Assembly: GCF_051251875.1 (NCBI RefSeq)
Contig: NZ_JBPOGL010000013.1
Location: 14,683-78,682 of the forward strand
DNA from: Polaribacter sp.
GTDB lineage: Bacteria > Bacteroidota > Bacteroidia > Flavobacteriales > Flavobacteriaceae
Direction of reading: 5' to 3'
Length of the DNA stretch: 64,000 nucleotides
The notes under the pieces are model-generated. The model did no database searches. It was not told where the DNA came from and worked only from the letters and a program-made list of their open reading frames with translations. Numbering within the stretch: the stretch's first letter is position 1; every line of letters begins with the position of its first letter. This document shows positions 52,459 to 60,812 of the stretch, piece by piece. A program made the position numbers and the translations under genes.

Positions 52459-53190
52459 TTATTGTTTATTAAAGATAAATGAAAAACTCTTATTCAGAAT
52501 TTCTAAATTTGTTGCTGATGTGTTACAAATTATTGATATTTCCCTATTTTTATTTAATAGAAATATTCTAATTTTTTTTTCTTTTTTTGGAAAACAAATT
52601 GAAATACAATATTTTCTATTAATAACAAATACTAAATAATCTAAACACTCAAGGCTAAAGTTATTTATTCCTTTATAAAATTCAATTTTTGATTGATTTA
52701 AAATTTTAAAGCCAAAACTTGAAGGCTCAACATAAAGTCCTTTACCAATATATTTTAAAAAAGCCTCTTTAATAGTCCAATTTATAATTAATTCTCTATC
52801 ATTATTAATAAAACCAGTTTCTGCATCACATAAAAATGCATTTTTTAAAGGCATGTATCGATTATTAGTGTCAATTATTTTCTCAATATCAACTCCAATT
52901 CTATTTTTAGAAACCCCAAACACACTTGCTCCCTTAGATCGAGATGCGCTAAAATCATAAAAGCTAGAAACTTTTTTTTTACCATTTTTATCGGTAACAT
53001 ATTTAATGTTTTTTGCTAAAACTCCTAATTTCTTTTCTAAAACGCTTCGTTTAATAATTTGATTGGCAGCATAATTTATCTGATCGTCAATAAAAAAAAA
53101 ATTTAAATACCTGTTTATTTCTGTTTTACTTAATGTATTCAAATCTAAATCATTCGCCTGAGAATCAATACAGTAAATATAAATATCCAT
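52459..53190 (-). CDS. Sfp-type 4'-phosphopantetheinyl transferase
   Basis: FSASRS, IGVDIE, WTIKEAFLKYIGKGL. Confidence 0.92.
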   Translation of the reverse strand: MDIYIYCIDSQANDLDLNTLSKTEINRYLNFFFIDDQINYAANQIIKRSVLEKKLGVLAKNIKYVTDKNGKKKVSSFYDFSASRSKGASVFGVSKNRIGVDIEKIIDTNNRYMPLKNAFLCDAETGFINNDRELIINWTIKEAFLKYIGKGLYVEPSSFGFKILNQSKIEFYKGINNFSLECLDYLVFVINRKYCISICFPKKEKKIRIFLLNKNREISIICNTSATNLEILNKSFSFIFNKQ

Positions 53191-53338
53191 GCTCTGAAAA
53201 TAAAACTATTTAACTAATTTGGAATTACAATTTTTTCTAAAATTACCACATTATTTTTTAAAAAAAAAACTACACTTATTAACTCTTGATTTACAACACT
53301 AAATAAAACTTTGAAACCCTTAGATATAAATAAAAATT

Positions 53339-53698
53339 ATGTCTAAATTAAGTAAAAAACAGTTTTTAGAAAATCACAGTTCATTTCCAAATTTCTACAA
53401 GAAATTACTAAAACAAGGTGATGTAGAATGGTCATTACTGATAAAACATACTCAAGATTATTATACAGCAGATAGTGGATCAGTTCCTGGTATGATTTAT
53501 TACAAGGATACTGTTGCTTTTGCAAAAAAGCATCATTTATTAATATTACAAATCCTAGAAGAATTTGAATGCGATTGTGGAACACTAGAAAACAAACCAA
53601 GTCCACAAGATGAAACACAATATTTTAATTGGCTATCCTGGTTCGCTTGGGAGTCTATGATGAGTGAAGTGATTTCTTTTGTAGAAAATAATAATTAA
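53339..53698 (+). CDS. Hypothetical mobile-element protein (119 aa)
   Basis: Clean ORF with its own terminator; GMIYYKDT and LSWFAWE motifs resemble small phage or element proteins. Confidence 0.7.
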   Translation: MSKLSKKQFLENHSSFPNFYKKLLKQGDVEWSLLIKHTQDYYTADSGSVPGMIYYKDTVAFAKKHHLLILQILEEFECDCGTLENKPSPQDETQYFNWLSWFAWESMMSEVISFVENNN

Positions 53699-53699
53699 A

Positions 53700-53730
53700 A
53701 AAAATATGCAACGTTATGTTGCATATTTTT
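53700..53730 (+). terminator. Intrinsic terminator
   Basis: AAAAATATGCAAC / GTTGCATATTTTT 13-bp stem right after the stop. Confidence 0.75.
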
Positions 53731-53797
53731 CTCTGTTTCTCTTTGGTTCCTCTAATAGACTTTCTACTAACCTTTTTGAATCATATTAATACATATA

Positions 53798-54500
53798 GTT
53801 ATAAGGGGTGGTAAACGTGGTAATGCTGGTAAACCTCAACATTAGCAAGAGTTTTGATAGGTTTAAAAGTGGTAAGCGAGTGGTAAGCGTGGTAAGGAGA
53901 AATAAAAAACCACCTATTTAGAATCATTAATTAAATAGAGGGTTTTGTTTAAAACTTAGAGACCCACCCCTCACGAAGTGCTTTCTTCCAATTTACCATA
54001 TCTGTAGTCCTAGTGATAGTAGGGTGTGCATAGAGGAGGGGTTTTGTAAAATAGGCTTAAGTACTATTTTTAGGGTTCATCTAGCAGAGGTTATAAGGGG
54101 GGGGCTGGTAAACCTCAACATTAGTAGGTGTTATAGCTGTTCTTTTACTGGTAATGATTTGGGAATGTGGTAAACAATTTAAAAACCACCTATTTAGAAT
54201 TATTAACTAAATAGATGGTTCTGATTGAAATATAGAGACCCACCCCTCACAAAGTACTTTCTTCTAATTTACTACATCTGCAGTCCTAGTGATAGTTGGG
54301 GTACATAGGGGGTAAAATGTATTTAAGTACTATTTTTAGGGGTCATTTAGTTGAGGTTATAAGGGGTGGTAAACGTGGTAATGCTGGTAAACCTCAGTAT
54401 CGATAAGGGTTAAGAGTGGTAAACTACTGGTAAAGGTGGTAAGGACTAATGAAAAACCACCTACTCAATCTTACAATTGAATAGGTGGCTAGTCTTAAAT
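53798..54500. repeat. About 2.5 tandem copies of a 270-290 bp non-coding unit rich in TGGTAA
   Basis: Units start GTTATAAGGGG at 53798, 54090 and 54356; shared blocks CTGGTAAACCTCA and AAAAACCACCTA (all three), GAGACCCACCCCTCAC, AGTCCTAGTGATAGT and AAGTACTATTTTTAGGG (first two). Confidence 0.88.
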
Positions 54501-54508
54501 AGAGTTTT

Positions 54509-55843
54509 TTAGTTAAACATTTTCTTATAATTACCCCTACTATCAACTCTTTTAAATAATTCCTTTTTATTTAAAAACCTAGCTAAAGAGCCACCGTTAA
54601 CTCCATGCTTTTTAAATAATTCAGCTTGATCACCTTTTTTAAATTCCATTGGTAATTCTTTAAAGAGTTCTTGTTTGTCTTCAGAAAAGTTATCTAGTGG
54701 ATTTGTGGAAGACAGCTTATTGTATACACGTAAAGCATTGGTTCTAAAATACTCTACCAATATTATGGCATTTTCTAAGCTTTTGTCTGATAGCTTATCA
54801 CTAAAGATATCAATCGATGTTTGCTCTATCATCTCTAAAATTAAAGCAAGCCTCCAAACATATGTTTCTAACTTTGATTGTATTAATGTTTCTAGATCGT
54901 CATGATGGCACTCTTTAACTTTTCTACTTTGCCATTCTTTGTAAATTTCTATTTGGCTTTCTGTTGTTTTTAAAGTTTTATTAGTTGTGCCAAATAAATC
55001 TTGGATCAGCTTACTGTAGCTTTGATAGTGGCTTTCATCTATTTGTTTTCCAGTAAATAGTTTTGGTTCTAGATCTTTAGGATATACAAATAAGAAACGA
55101 GCTAAAAATCCATCATCCTCTCTATTGTTAGAAGCCATGTCTTTTAGAACTTTTGGTTGCATACCACCAAGAATGTTTACATTAGGGTTTTCAACACGAA
55201 TAGGCCCCTTAGATACCCTGTCAACAGAAATGGCATCCCCATTAAAGAACTCTAAATACATTTGCTGATCGCCTCCTTTTTTATATTTGTCAAAACTCTT
55301 GATCCAGCCTAGCAACTCGTCTCTAAAAATTAAAACACCTTTTTTATTATGCTGAAGGGTTTCTGATAGTTTTTCTGGAGTAAAGTCACTAAGAATGTTT
55401 TTGTTATAGACAGGTTTCTCTTCATTTTTCTTCTCAGAATTAAAATGTTTCTGCATATCAGATTGGAACCTAGTAAAACTTTTTTTATCCATTTCTGCTA
55501 TGGGTTGTTTAGCAAATTTTAGTGGATGTGTCTTACCGTCTCCAGATCTTCCAATAATATTTAACCATAAAATTGGAGGATTGTGATAGGATCCGTTATG
55601 CAACCTTACTGAACTGCCAATGGCAGTTGCACAAGCAGATAGTATTCCAGCACTTAAATATTCTGGATTATAGCCAACAGTTTCCTCAGCATTTATTATG
55701 AGGTTTTGAACGCTTTTTGGAAATATTTCTGTTGGGAAAGAGTGAATTTTAGTTGATAAGTTGTTTTTGGTTACTCTTGGAGTTCCATTGTAACTTGTTA
55801 TCTGGGTTTTTTTAGCTTTAGATATGGAATTGTTCATAATCAA
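54509..55843 (-). CDS. DUF3987/YfjI-family P-loop protein (element replication helicase-like)
   Basis: FPTEIFP, LWLNIIGRSGDGKT, DFTPEKL, RDELLGW, GGMQP, GFLARFLF. Confidence 0.85.
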   Translation of the reverse strand: MIMNNSISKAKKTQITSYNGTPRVTKNNLSTKIHSFPTEIFPKSVQNLIINAEETVGYNPEYLSAGILSACATAIGSSVRLHNGSYHNPPILWLNIIGRSGDGKTHPLKFAKQPIAEMDKKSFTRFQSDMQKHFNSEKKNEEKPVYNKNILSDFTPEKLSETLQHNKKGVLIFRDELLGWIKSFDKYKKGGDQQMYLEFFNGDAISVDRVSKGPIRVENPNVNILGGMQPKVLKDMASNNREDDGFLARFLFVYPKDLEPKLFTGKQIDESHYQSYSKLIQDLFGTTNKTLKTTESQIEIYKEWQSRKVKECHHDDLETLIQSKLETYVWRLALILEMIEQTSIDIFSDKLSDKSLENAIILVEYFRTNALRVYNKLSSTNPLDNFSEDKQELFKELPMEFKKGDQAELFKKHGVNGGSLARFLNKKELFKRVDSRGNYKKMFN

Positions 55844-56122
55844 TTATTTTTTTATTTTTTTAATTTCAGCTTCTACCTCTGATCTTTTGTATAGAACTCT
55901 ACCAGAAATTTGGTATTTCGTAAGAGTCCCATCCTTAGTAATGTTATGAACACTAGAAGTTTTCATACGTATCATTTCTGCAACTTCTTCTCTTTTCAGA
56001 TATTTATTTGGTTCTTTGGGTTGAAAATGTTGTTTTAATTCTTCGAATTTCTTATCGATGTAATTAAAGATTGGAGAGTTGTGTTCTTCTGTGGTTATAC
56101 CCACTAATTGTACCTGTTTCAT
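55844..56122 (-). CDS. Excisionase-like HTH_17 protein (start corrected to ATG 56122)
   Basis: YLKREEVAEMIRMKTSSVHN...GRVLYKRSEVE; TAATTTTG -7 box at 56172-56179. Confidence 0.85.
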   Translation of the reverse strand: MKQVQLVGITTEEHNSPIFNYIDKKFEELKQHFQPKEPNKYLKREEVAEMIRMKTSSVHNITKDGTLTKYQISGRVLYKRSEVEAEIKKIKK

Positions 56123-56222
56123 TTTTCTAATTTTAAATGATTTATTGATTATCATCGTTAATAATCTTCGGCAAAATTACAAGGTTTTTGAGGCTATCAA
56201 AGGTTTTTTTAGACGAATCGAT

Positions 56223-56244
56223 GGTACTACCGGGGGTACTACCG
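56223..56244. promoter_or_regulatory. Direct repeat pair upstream of the excisionase promoter
   Basis: GGTACTACCG twice, 12 nt apart. Confidence 0.55.
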
Positions 56245-56245
56245 T

Positions 56246-57337
56246 CTATTTTTTCTCTTTTTCTCTTTTGCTTTTTTCGCTTCTTTTTTTTATAATCTCA
56301 TCGTATAAGTTTGATTTTAATTGATCAAGGAAGAGGGGCTCATTGCCATGAATACGTTCTTTTATATGTTCATATAATTTATATGGTTCTTTTATTTCTA
56401 TGTCAAAGAAATTAGCAATTTTATCAGTCAACTCTCCAATTTCACCAATAATCCTTTTGTATAGAAATAGTGCTATTATTAGCTCAATTAACTCTGTTGG
56501 ATTACCCTGCCATTTCAATTTGATATTATCAAATTCTAATTGTTTTGGTTCTTCTTGTTTTGGCTCTTCTTGTTTTAATTCTTCTTGTTTAATTTTATTA
56601 ATCTTATCGCATAAGTTTGATTTTAATTGATCAAGAAATAAGGTCTCACTGTCGATAATACGATTTTTTATATGTTCATATAGCTTATGTGGGGCTCTTA
56701 TTTCTAGGTCAAAGAAATCAGTAACCTTATTAGTCAGCTCTCCAATTTTACCAGTAATACTTTTGTTTAGAAATAGTGCTCTTATTAGTTCAATTAATTC
56801 TGTTGGATTGCCCTGCCATTTTAATTTGATGTTATCAGATTCTAATGGTTTTGATTCTTCTTGTTTGGAGTTTTTTTGCTTCCCCTTTTTAATTTGTTTA
56901 ATTTGATCTGTTAAAAAAGAATTATATTCTAAAAGGGTAGCTAATTCAATTGTACTTTTTACAAAATCTTCCTCTCGTAGTTCTTTGTAGCTTTTAATTT
57001 GAAACAAATTAATAAATAGTTCATCCAAAGACTCAAAGTATTTTATAAAAAAATACTCTTTAATAGCTTTTCTTCTTAAAACAGGATTTAAAGGTTTTTG
57101 ATTTAGGTATATTCTATATTCGTCTATTTCTCTTGTATTTTTATTGGGTATTTCCTTTAGTAAATCCCTTAATTTCGATTTTTCGTCTTTTATATATTTT
57201 AATGTTTCTTTTTTATTAGTAATTGTCTCTATATCTAATCTATATTCCATTATTTTTATTTCTAATGAATTATCGATATCATTTAATACATTCGAAATAA
57301 AATTATTCATGTATTCAAAGTCAATTATTTGTTTCAT
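56246..57337 (-). CDS. Protein with two tandem RteC-like domains
   Basis: KWQGNPTELIELI.AL...FFD.EI...Y..I..R...LFLDQLK.NL repeated with a 102-aa period; matches the RteC consensus as recalled. Confidence 0.75.
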   Translation of the reverse strand: MKQIIDFEYMNNFISNVLNDIDNSLEIKIMEYRLDIETITNKKETLKYIKDEKSKLRDLLKEIPNKNTREIDEYRIYLNQKPLNPVLRRKAIKEYFFIKYFESLDELFINLFQIKSYKELREEDFVKSTIELATLLEYNSFLTDQIKQIKKGKQKNSKQEESKPLESDNIKLKWQGNPTELIELIRALFLNKSITGKIGELTNKVTDFFDLEIRAPHKLYEHIKNRIIDSETLFLDQLKSNLCDKINKIKQEELKQEEPKQEEPKQLEFDNIKLKWQGNPTELIELIIALFLYKRIIGEIGELTDKIANFFDIEIKEPYKLYEHIKERIHGNEPLFLDQLKSNLYDEIIKKRSEKSKREKEKK

Positions 57338-57849
57338 TTTTAAATCCGTTTAGTTATAATTTAATATAAAAAAATCCTTTATCTCACTAAATAACATTTT
57401 TTTTAGTTTAAAAACATTTACATGAGCAACATAAATGCAAATTAAGAAAGAATTTTGAAATCTTAAGAGAAATAAAAATAAACAATTATATAGCTATCAA
57501 AGGCAATAGCTCAAAAGGATTAATTTTTACTATAGTTTTATTAATTTTGAGTAGAAACGTTTTTAATTACTTTTATTATTGGGTTTTCTTTAGCTTGTTG
57601 CTTTTCAAAATTTCTTTTTGCATGAAATAAACCTGTCTGTTCTTTTGTACGTTTTATATTTGTTTCGTCATTATTGTTTATGTCTGCTCTCAACTGATTC
57701 TCATTAAGAATGACTTGTGATAGACGTAATTAAAGAAGTATCTATTTTTCCATAGTAATTTGTTGCAAATGATCATCTAAAAGGCCTTAATTCGTATTTT
57801 GGATATAAACTTAAGGAAGTGGTGTCTGTTTGTTTGCTTAAAAGCAAAG

Positions 57850-57870
57850 TGGACACAAATTCGGACACAA
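57850..57870 (+). promoter_or_regulatory. Putative integrase arm-type sites (right arm, island A)
   Basis: GGACACAA twice, 12 nt apart; same core and spacing as 25591-25612. Confidence 0.65.
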
Positions 57871-57892
57871 AAATAGTTTTTTCTGGATATAT

Positions 57893-57931
57893 AAAAACCT
57901 AATCAATTAAATTTCAATTGATTAGGTTTTT
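57893..57931 (-). terminator. Hairpin/terminator following the att copy on the minus strand
   Basis: AAAAACCTAATCAATT / AATTGATTAGGTTTTT 16-bp stem. Confidence 0.75.
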
Positions 57932-57934
57932 TAA

Positions 57935-57950
57935 TTGTGGAGACGCCGAG
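57935..57950 (-). repeat. att site: tmRNA-type 3' fragment at the island A/B junction
   Basis: Minus strand CTCGGCGTCTCCACAA; 15 nt identical to 25462-25476. Confidence 0.8.
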
Positions 57951-58067
57951 TATTGTATTTATTATTACTGAAAATTATTTTAAATAATAATTAGCTATAA
58001 AACCCTTTATTTTAAGGGTTTTCTTATATTCGTTAAAGTTTAGAGGTATAACCTGATATAACATTTT

Positions 58068-58088
58068 CAGCACCTAAAACAGCACCTA
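58068..58088 (+). promoter_or_regulatory. Putative arm-type sites of island B
   Basis: CAGCACCTA twice, 12 nt apart, just before the integrase ATG. Confidence 0.6.
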
Positions 58089-58100
58089 TAAATTTTAACT

Positions 58101-59354
58101 ATGAAATACTCTTTTAAGCTAAAGCATCCGAATCAAGAAAAAGAAACACTTATCTACTTTACATCATCTTTCAAAAATGAGGGTAAAACTTTTATTTATT
58201 CTACAGGTGAAAAAATTGAGCCCAAGTTTTGGGATTTTAAAAATAAGCTACCATTGTCAAGGGGTAAAACTTCTAAGTTTTCTAATAGTATAAAATTACA
58301 ATTAGATAGACATTCAAACCTTTTCTTAGAAACAGCTAGTTTATATAAGAAAATGAAAGAGGATTTTACATCAAAAACGTTGAAGTCAGCTTTTGATGAA
58401 GAGTTTAAAAAAACTACAGGTAATGCAAATGTTTTTTTTGAAGCTTATGATGTTTTTACGGCTGAGAAAACAAATAGTAAAGAATGGTCAGCAGCTACTG
58501 TTAAAAGATATAAGAATATTAAAAATTTACTTACAAATTTTCAAGATTTAAAAAAATACAAACTAACTTTTACTAGTGTTAATGATCGTTTTTATAGTGA
58601 GTTTACAGCTTATTGTTTGGATGATTTAAAGCATATTAATAATACGTATTCTAGGAATTTAGGGTTGATAAAAACATTTTTGTTTTGGTCTTTAAAAAAT
58701 AAATACACATATAATGATTCTTTTATTTCCTTTAAGAAACTTGAAAGAGTAATAACAAAACAAATAGCTTTAACAATTGAAGACTTAAATAAATTACTTG
58801 AGTTTGATTTTGATTTAGATAAGCATGAAAGAGTTAGAGACGTTTTTGTTTTTGCTTGTGTTACAGGGATGAGATTTGGTGAATTATCATTGATAAAGAA
58901 AAGTAATGTAACCAACGAAAATATAATTCTTAAAGAAGATAAAGACCTCTCAAAGCCAGCAAGAGAAATACCGCTAACAAGTATTTCAAAATACCTCTTA
59001 AAAAAATACGATTATAAACTTCCTTTAATAGCTAATCAAAAGCAAAACGAGTATATCAAAGAGGTTTTTCAAGAACTTGGATATACAGACCTTGTTCAGA
59101 AAGTAACTACTAAAGGGAAAGAAAATATAAAGGTAGAAATGTTTTACTATGACAGAATAAGTACTCATACCGCTAGAAGAACCTTTATTACAATGATGAA
59201 AAGGCAAGGAAAGAGCGATAAATTAATTGCTTCTATTACGGGGCATCGAGATATGAAAACGCTAAATCAGTATTATCAAGTGAGTGAACCAGAAAAGAAA
59301 GAAGCTATGGACGAAGTGTTTAATATTCCATTACCAAAATTAAAGAAAGCATAA
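58101..59354 (+). CDS. Tyrosine recombinase/integrase of island B
   Basis: TGMRFGEL, HTARRTFIT, GHRDMKTLNQY; YSTGEKIEPKFWD arm-binding domain. Confidence 0.95.
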   Translation: MKYSFKLKHPNQEKETLIYFTSSFKNEGKTFIYSTGEKIEPKFWDFKNKLPLSRGKTSKFSNSIKLQLDRHSNLFLETASLYKKMKEDFTSKTLKSAFDEEFKKTTGNANVFFEAYDVFTAEKTNSKEWSAATVKRYKNIKNLLTNFQDLKKYKLTFTSVNDRFYSEFTAYCLDDLKHINNTYSRNLGLIKTFLFWSLKNKYTYNDSFISFKKLERVITKQIALTIEDLNKLLEFDFDLDKHERVRDVFVFACVTGMRFGELSLIKKSNVTNENIILKEDKDLSKPAREIPLTSISKYLLKKYDYKLPLIANQKQNEYIKEVFQELGYTDLVQKVTTKGKENIKVEMFYYDRISTHTARRTFITMMKRQGKSDKLIASITGHRDMKTLNQYYQVSEPEKKEAMDEVFNIPLPKLKKA

Positions 59355-59361
59355 AGAGATT

Positions 59362-60369
59362 ATGAAATTTAATGAATTTATAAGAAAAAGTAAATTAACA
59401 AGGAGAGAAAGACAAGTTGAATATTGGATTGAAATTTATAATGAAGCATATCCTAAGGAAAAAATTATCCCTACAAATGATTCGTTGAAAATTAATGATA
59501 ATGAATTAAAAATCAACAAGTTTAAAAACAAGTACCCTTTTTACGAATCTATTATTAAGCTGAATTTGAATAAAGGGAAATATAACGAGGAAGAAATAAG
59601 AATTAGAGTTGTAGAGGAAATAATAACCTATTTTGAAGTTGTGTATAACAATAAAGAGATTGAAGTAAAAACTAATAATTATACTAGCATATCTTCTAAG
59701 AGAACATTTTCAAATGAAAAAAAGAACATTTTAAAAGACCTTAATAAAATGCTTTTTGAAGCAATTTTATATTGTAAAATAAAAGAACAAAAAACGAAAT
59801 CTAAACTAAAGAAAATTAAAAAAGATGTCGAAACACCTATAAATATTGTAACAAACGAAGTAGATGTTATTCAGTCAGAAAAAGGAAATCCAATAGAACA
59901 ATTTGAAGTTAAAAAAGAGGTTGTTACTGAAGAAAAAAAACCTACGGAAAGTCTTTCTACAGAAGTTAAGCAAGAAGTCGAAACAAATAAAAATTCAGAA
60001 ACAATAGAAGTTATTATTCTTGAACTAAAAACACATAATTTTGTAGAGCTTATAAATCCTCATTGTTCTGAAAAAATTCTAAATCTTCTTCTAAATTATA
60101 ATATAATAAATAATAAAGGGGAATGGATTTCTGAAAAGTTAAAAAGAAAAAGAGATATAGCTTTATTTATTGGAAAGCTATTTGAAAACAACTTACTTAA
60201 TACCGAAAATCAAGCAGATGTATGCAGGAAAGCAACATCTTTTTTTGGTGAAAAAATTGATACAGGTCAATTAAATACAATAATAAAATTCATAAAGGAT
60301 GATAACATACCTACTAATGACAAGGGAAGTTATCAATATTTATCATTTTTAGATGAAATTAAAATATAA
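59362..60369 (+). CDS. Hypothetical protein, possibly a regulator of island B
   Basis: 335-aa ORF between the integrase and HTH genes; no firm motif. Confidence 0.65.
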   Translation: MKFNEFIRKSKLTRRERQVEYWIEIYNEAYPKEKIIPTNDSLKINDNELKINKFKNKYPFYESIIKLNLNKGKYNEEEIRIRVVEEIITYFEVVYNNKEIEVKTNNYTSISSKRTFSNEKKNILKDLNKMLFEAILYCKIKEQKTKSKLKKIKKDVETPINIVTNEVDVIQSEKGNPIEQFEVKKEVVTEEKKPTESLSTEVKQEVETNKNSETIEVIILELKTHNFVELINPHCSEKILNLLLNYNIINNKGEWISEKLKRKRDIALFIGKLFENNLLNTENQADVCRKATSFFGEKIDTGQLNTIIKFIKDDNIPTNDKGSYQYLSFLDEIKI

Positions 60370-60440
60370 AATTGATAATCAATTGATAAATTGATTTCAA
60401 TATCAATCCTAAGTTTGAGCCAAATTAAAAACTCAAAATT

Positions 60441-60722
60441 ATGGACAACACTCATTTATTAATACAATCTTCGGATTTAAAAGAAGTAAAGAGTCTACTA
60501 AACCAATTACTTAATAGACCTAAAGAAGACCTAAGTCAAAAACTGTATACAGTTAAAGAAGCAAGCTTGCTTTTTAAAGTTACAGAACTTACGGTACGTA
60601 ATAAAATAAAGGCTGGCGAAATAAAAGCTTTTAAAATTGGAGATTCAGTTCGTATTAAACACGAGGAAATCTTTAATTCACTTCAAGAAGTAAAATCAAT
60701 TAAATATAAAAGAAAAGCATAG
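60441..60722 (+). CDS. Excisionase-like HTH_17 protein
   Basis: LYTVKEASLLFKVTELTVRNKIKAGEIKAFKIGDSVRI; TAAGTTTG -7 box at 60410-60417. Confidence 0.88.
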   Translation: MDNTHLLIQSSDLKEVKSLLNQLLNRPKEDLSQKLYTVKEASLLFKVTELTVRNKIKAGEIKAFKIGDSVRIKHEEIFNSLQEVKSIKYKRKA

Positions 60723-60812
60723 AGTGTCCGCTCTATGCTTTTTTATTTTTTCAAAAAAACAGTATTAATAATACCGTGTTGTAAAGATACGGTTTTAACT
60801 CTATTCCCAAAA

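Larger units (their letters stand above)
25462..57949. mobile_element. Genomic island A (about 32.5 kb), tyrosine-integrase element carrying an NRPS-PKS cluster
   Basis: Flanked by 15-bp direct repeats, integrase at the left end, matching GGACACA repeat pairs inside both ends, RteC/HTH/DUF3987 module at the right end. Confidence 0.85.

Noticed and set aside
29865-53190. Calling the cluster a siderophore or monobactam/beta-lactam pathway
   Set aside because: Beta-hydroxy-Asp fits siderophores, but there is no TonB receptor, Fur box or acyl/hydroxamate genes. A beta-lactamase-like gene fits beta-lactams, but there is no sulfotransferase or Ser/Dap module. Neither is supported.
53798-54500. CRISPR array
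   Set aside because: Units are about 280 bp, similar along their whole length with no unique spacers, and there are no cas genes.
57520-57760. Possible small minus-strand gene near island A's right end
   Set aside because: Needs frameshifts to join an ATG to the open stretch, and no recognisable homology.
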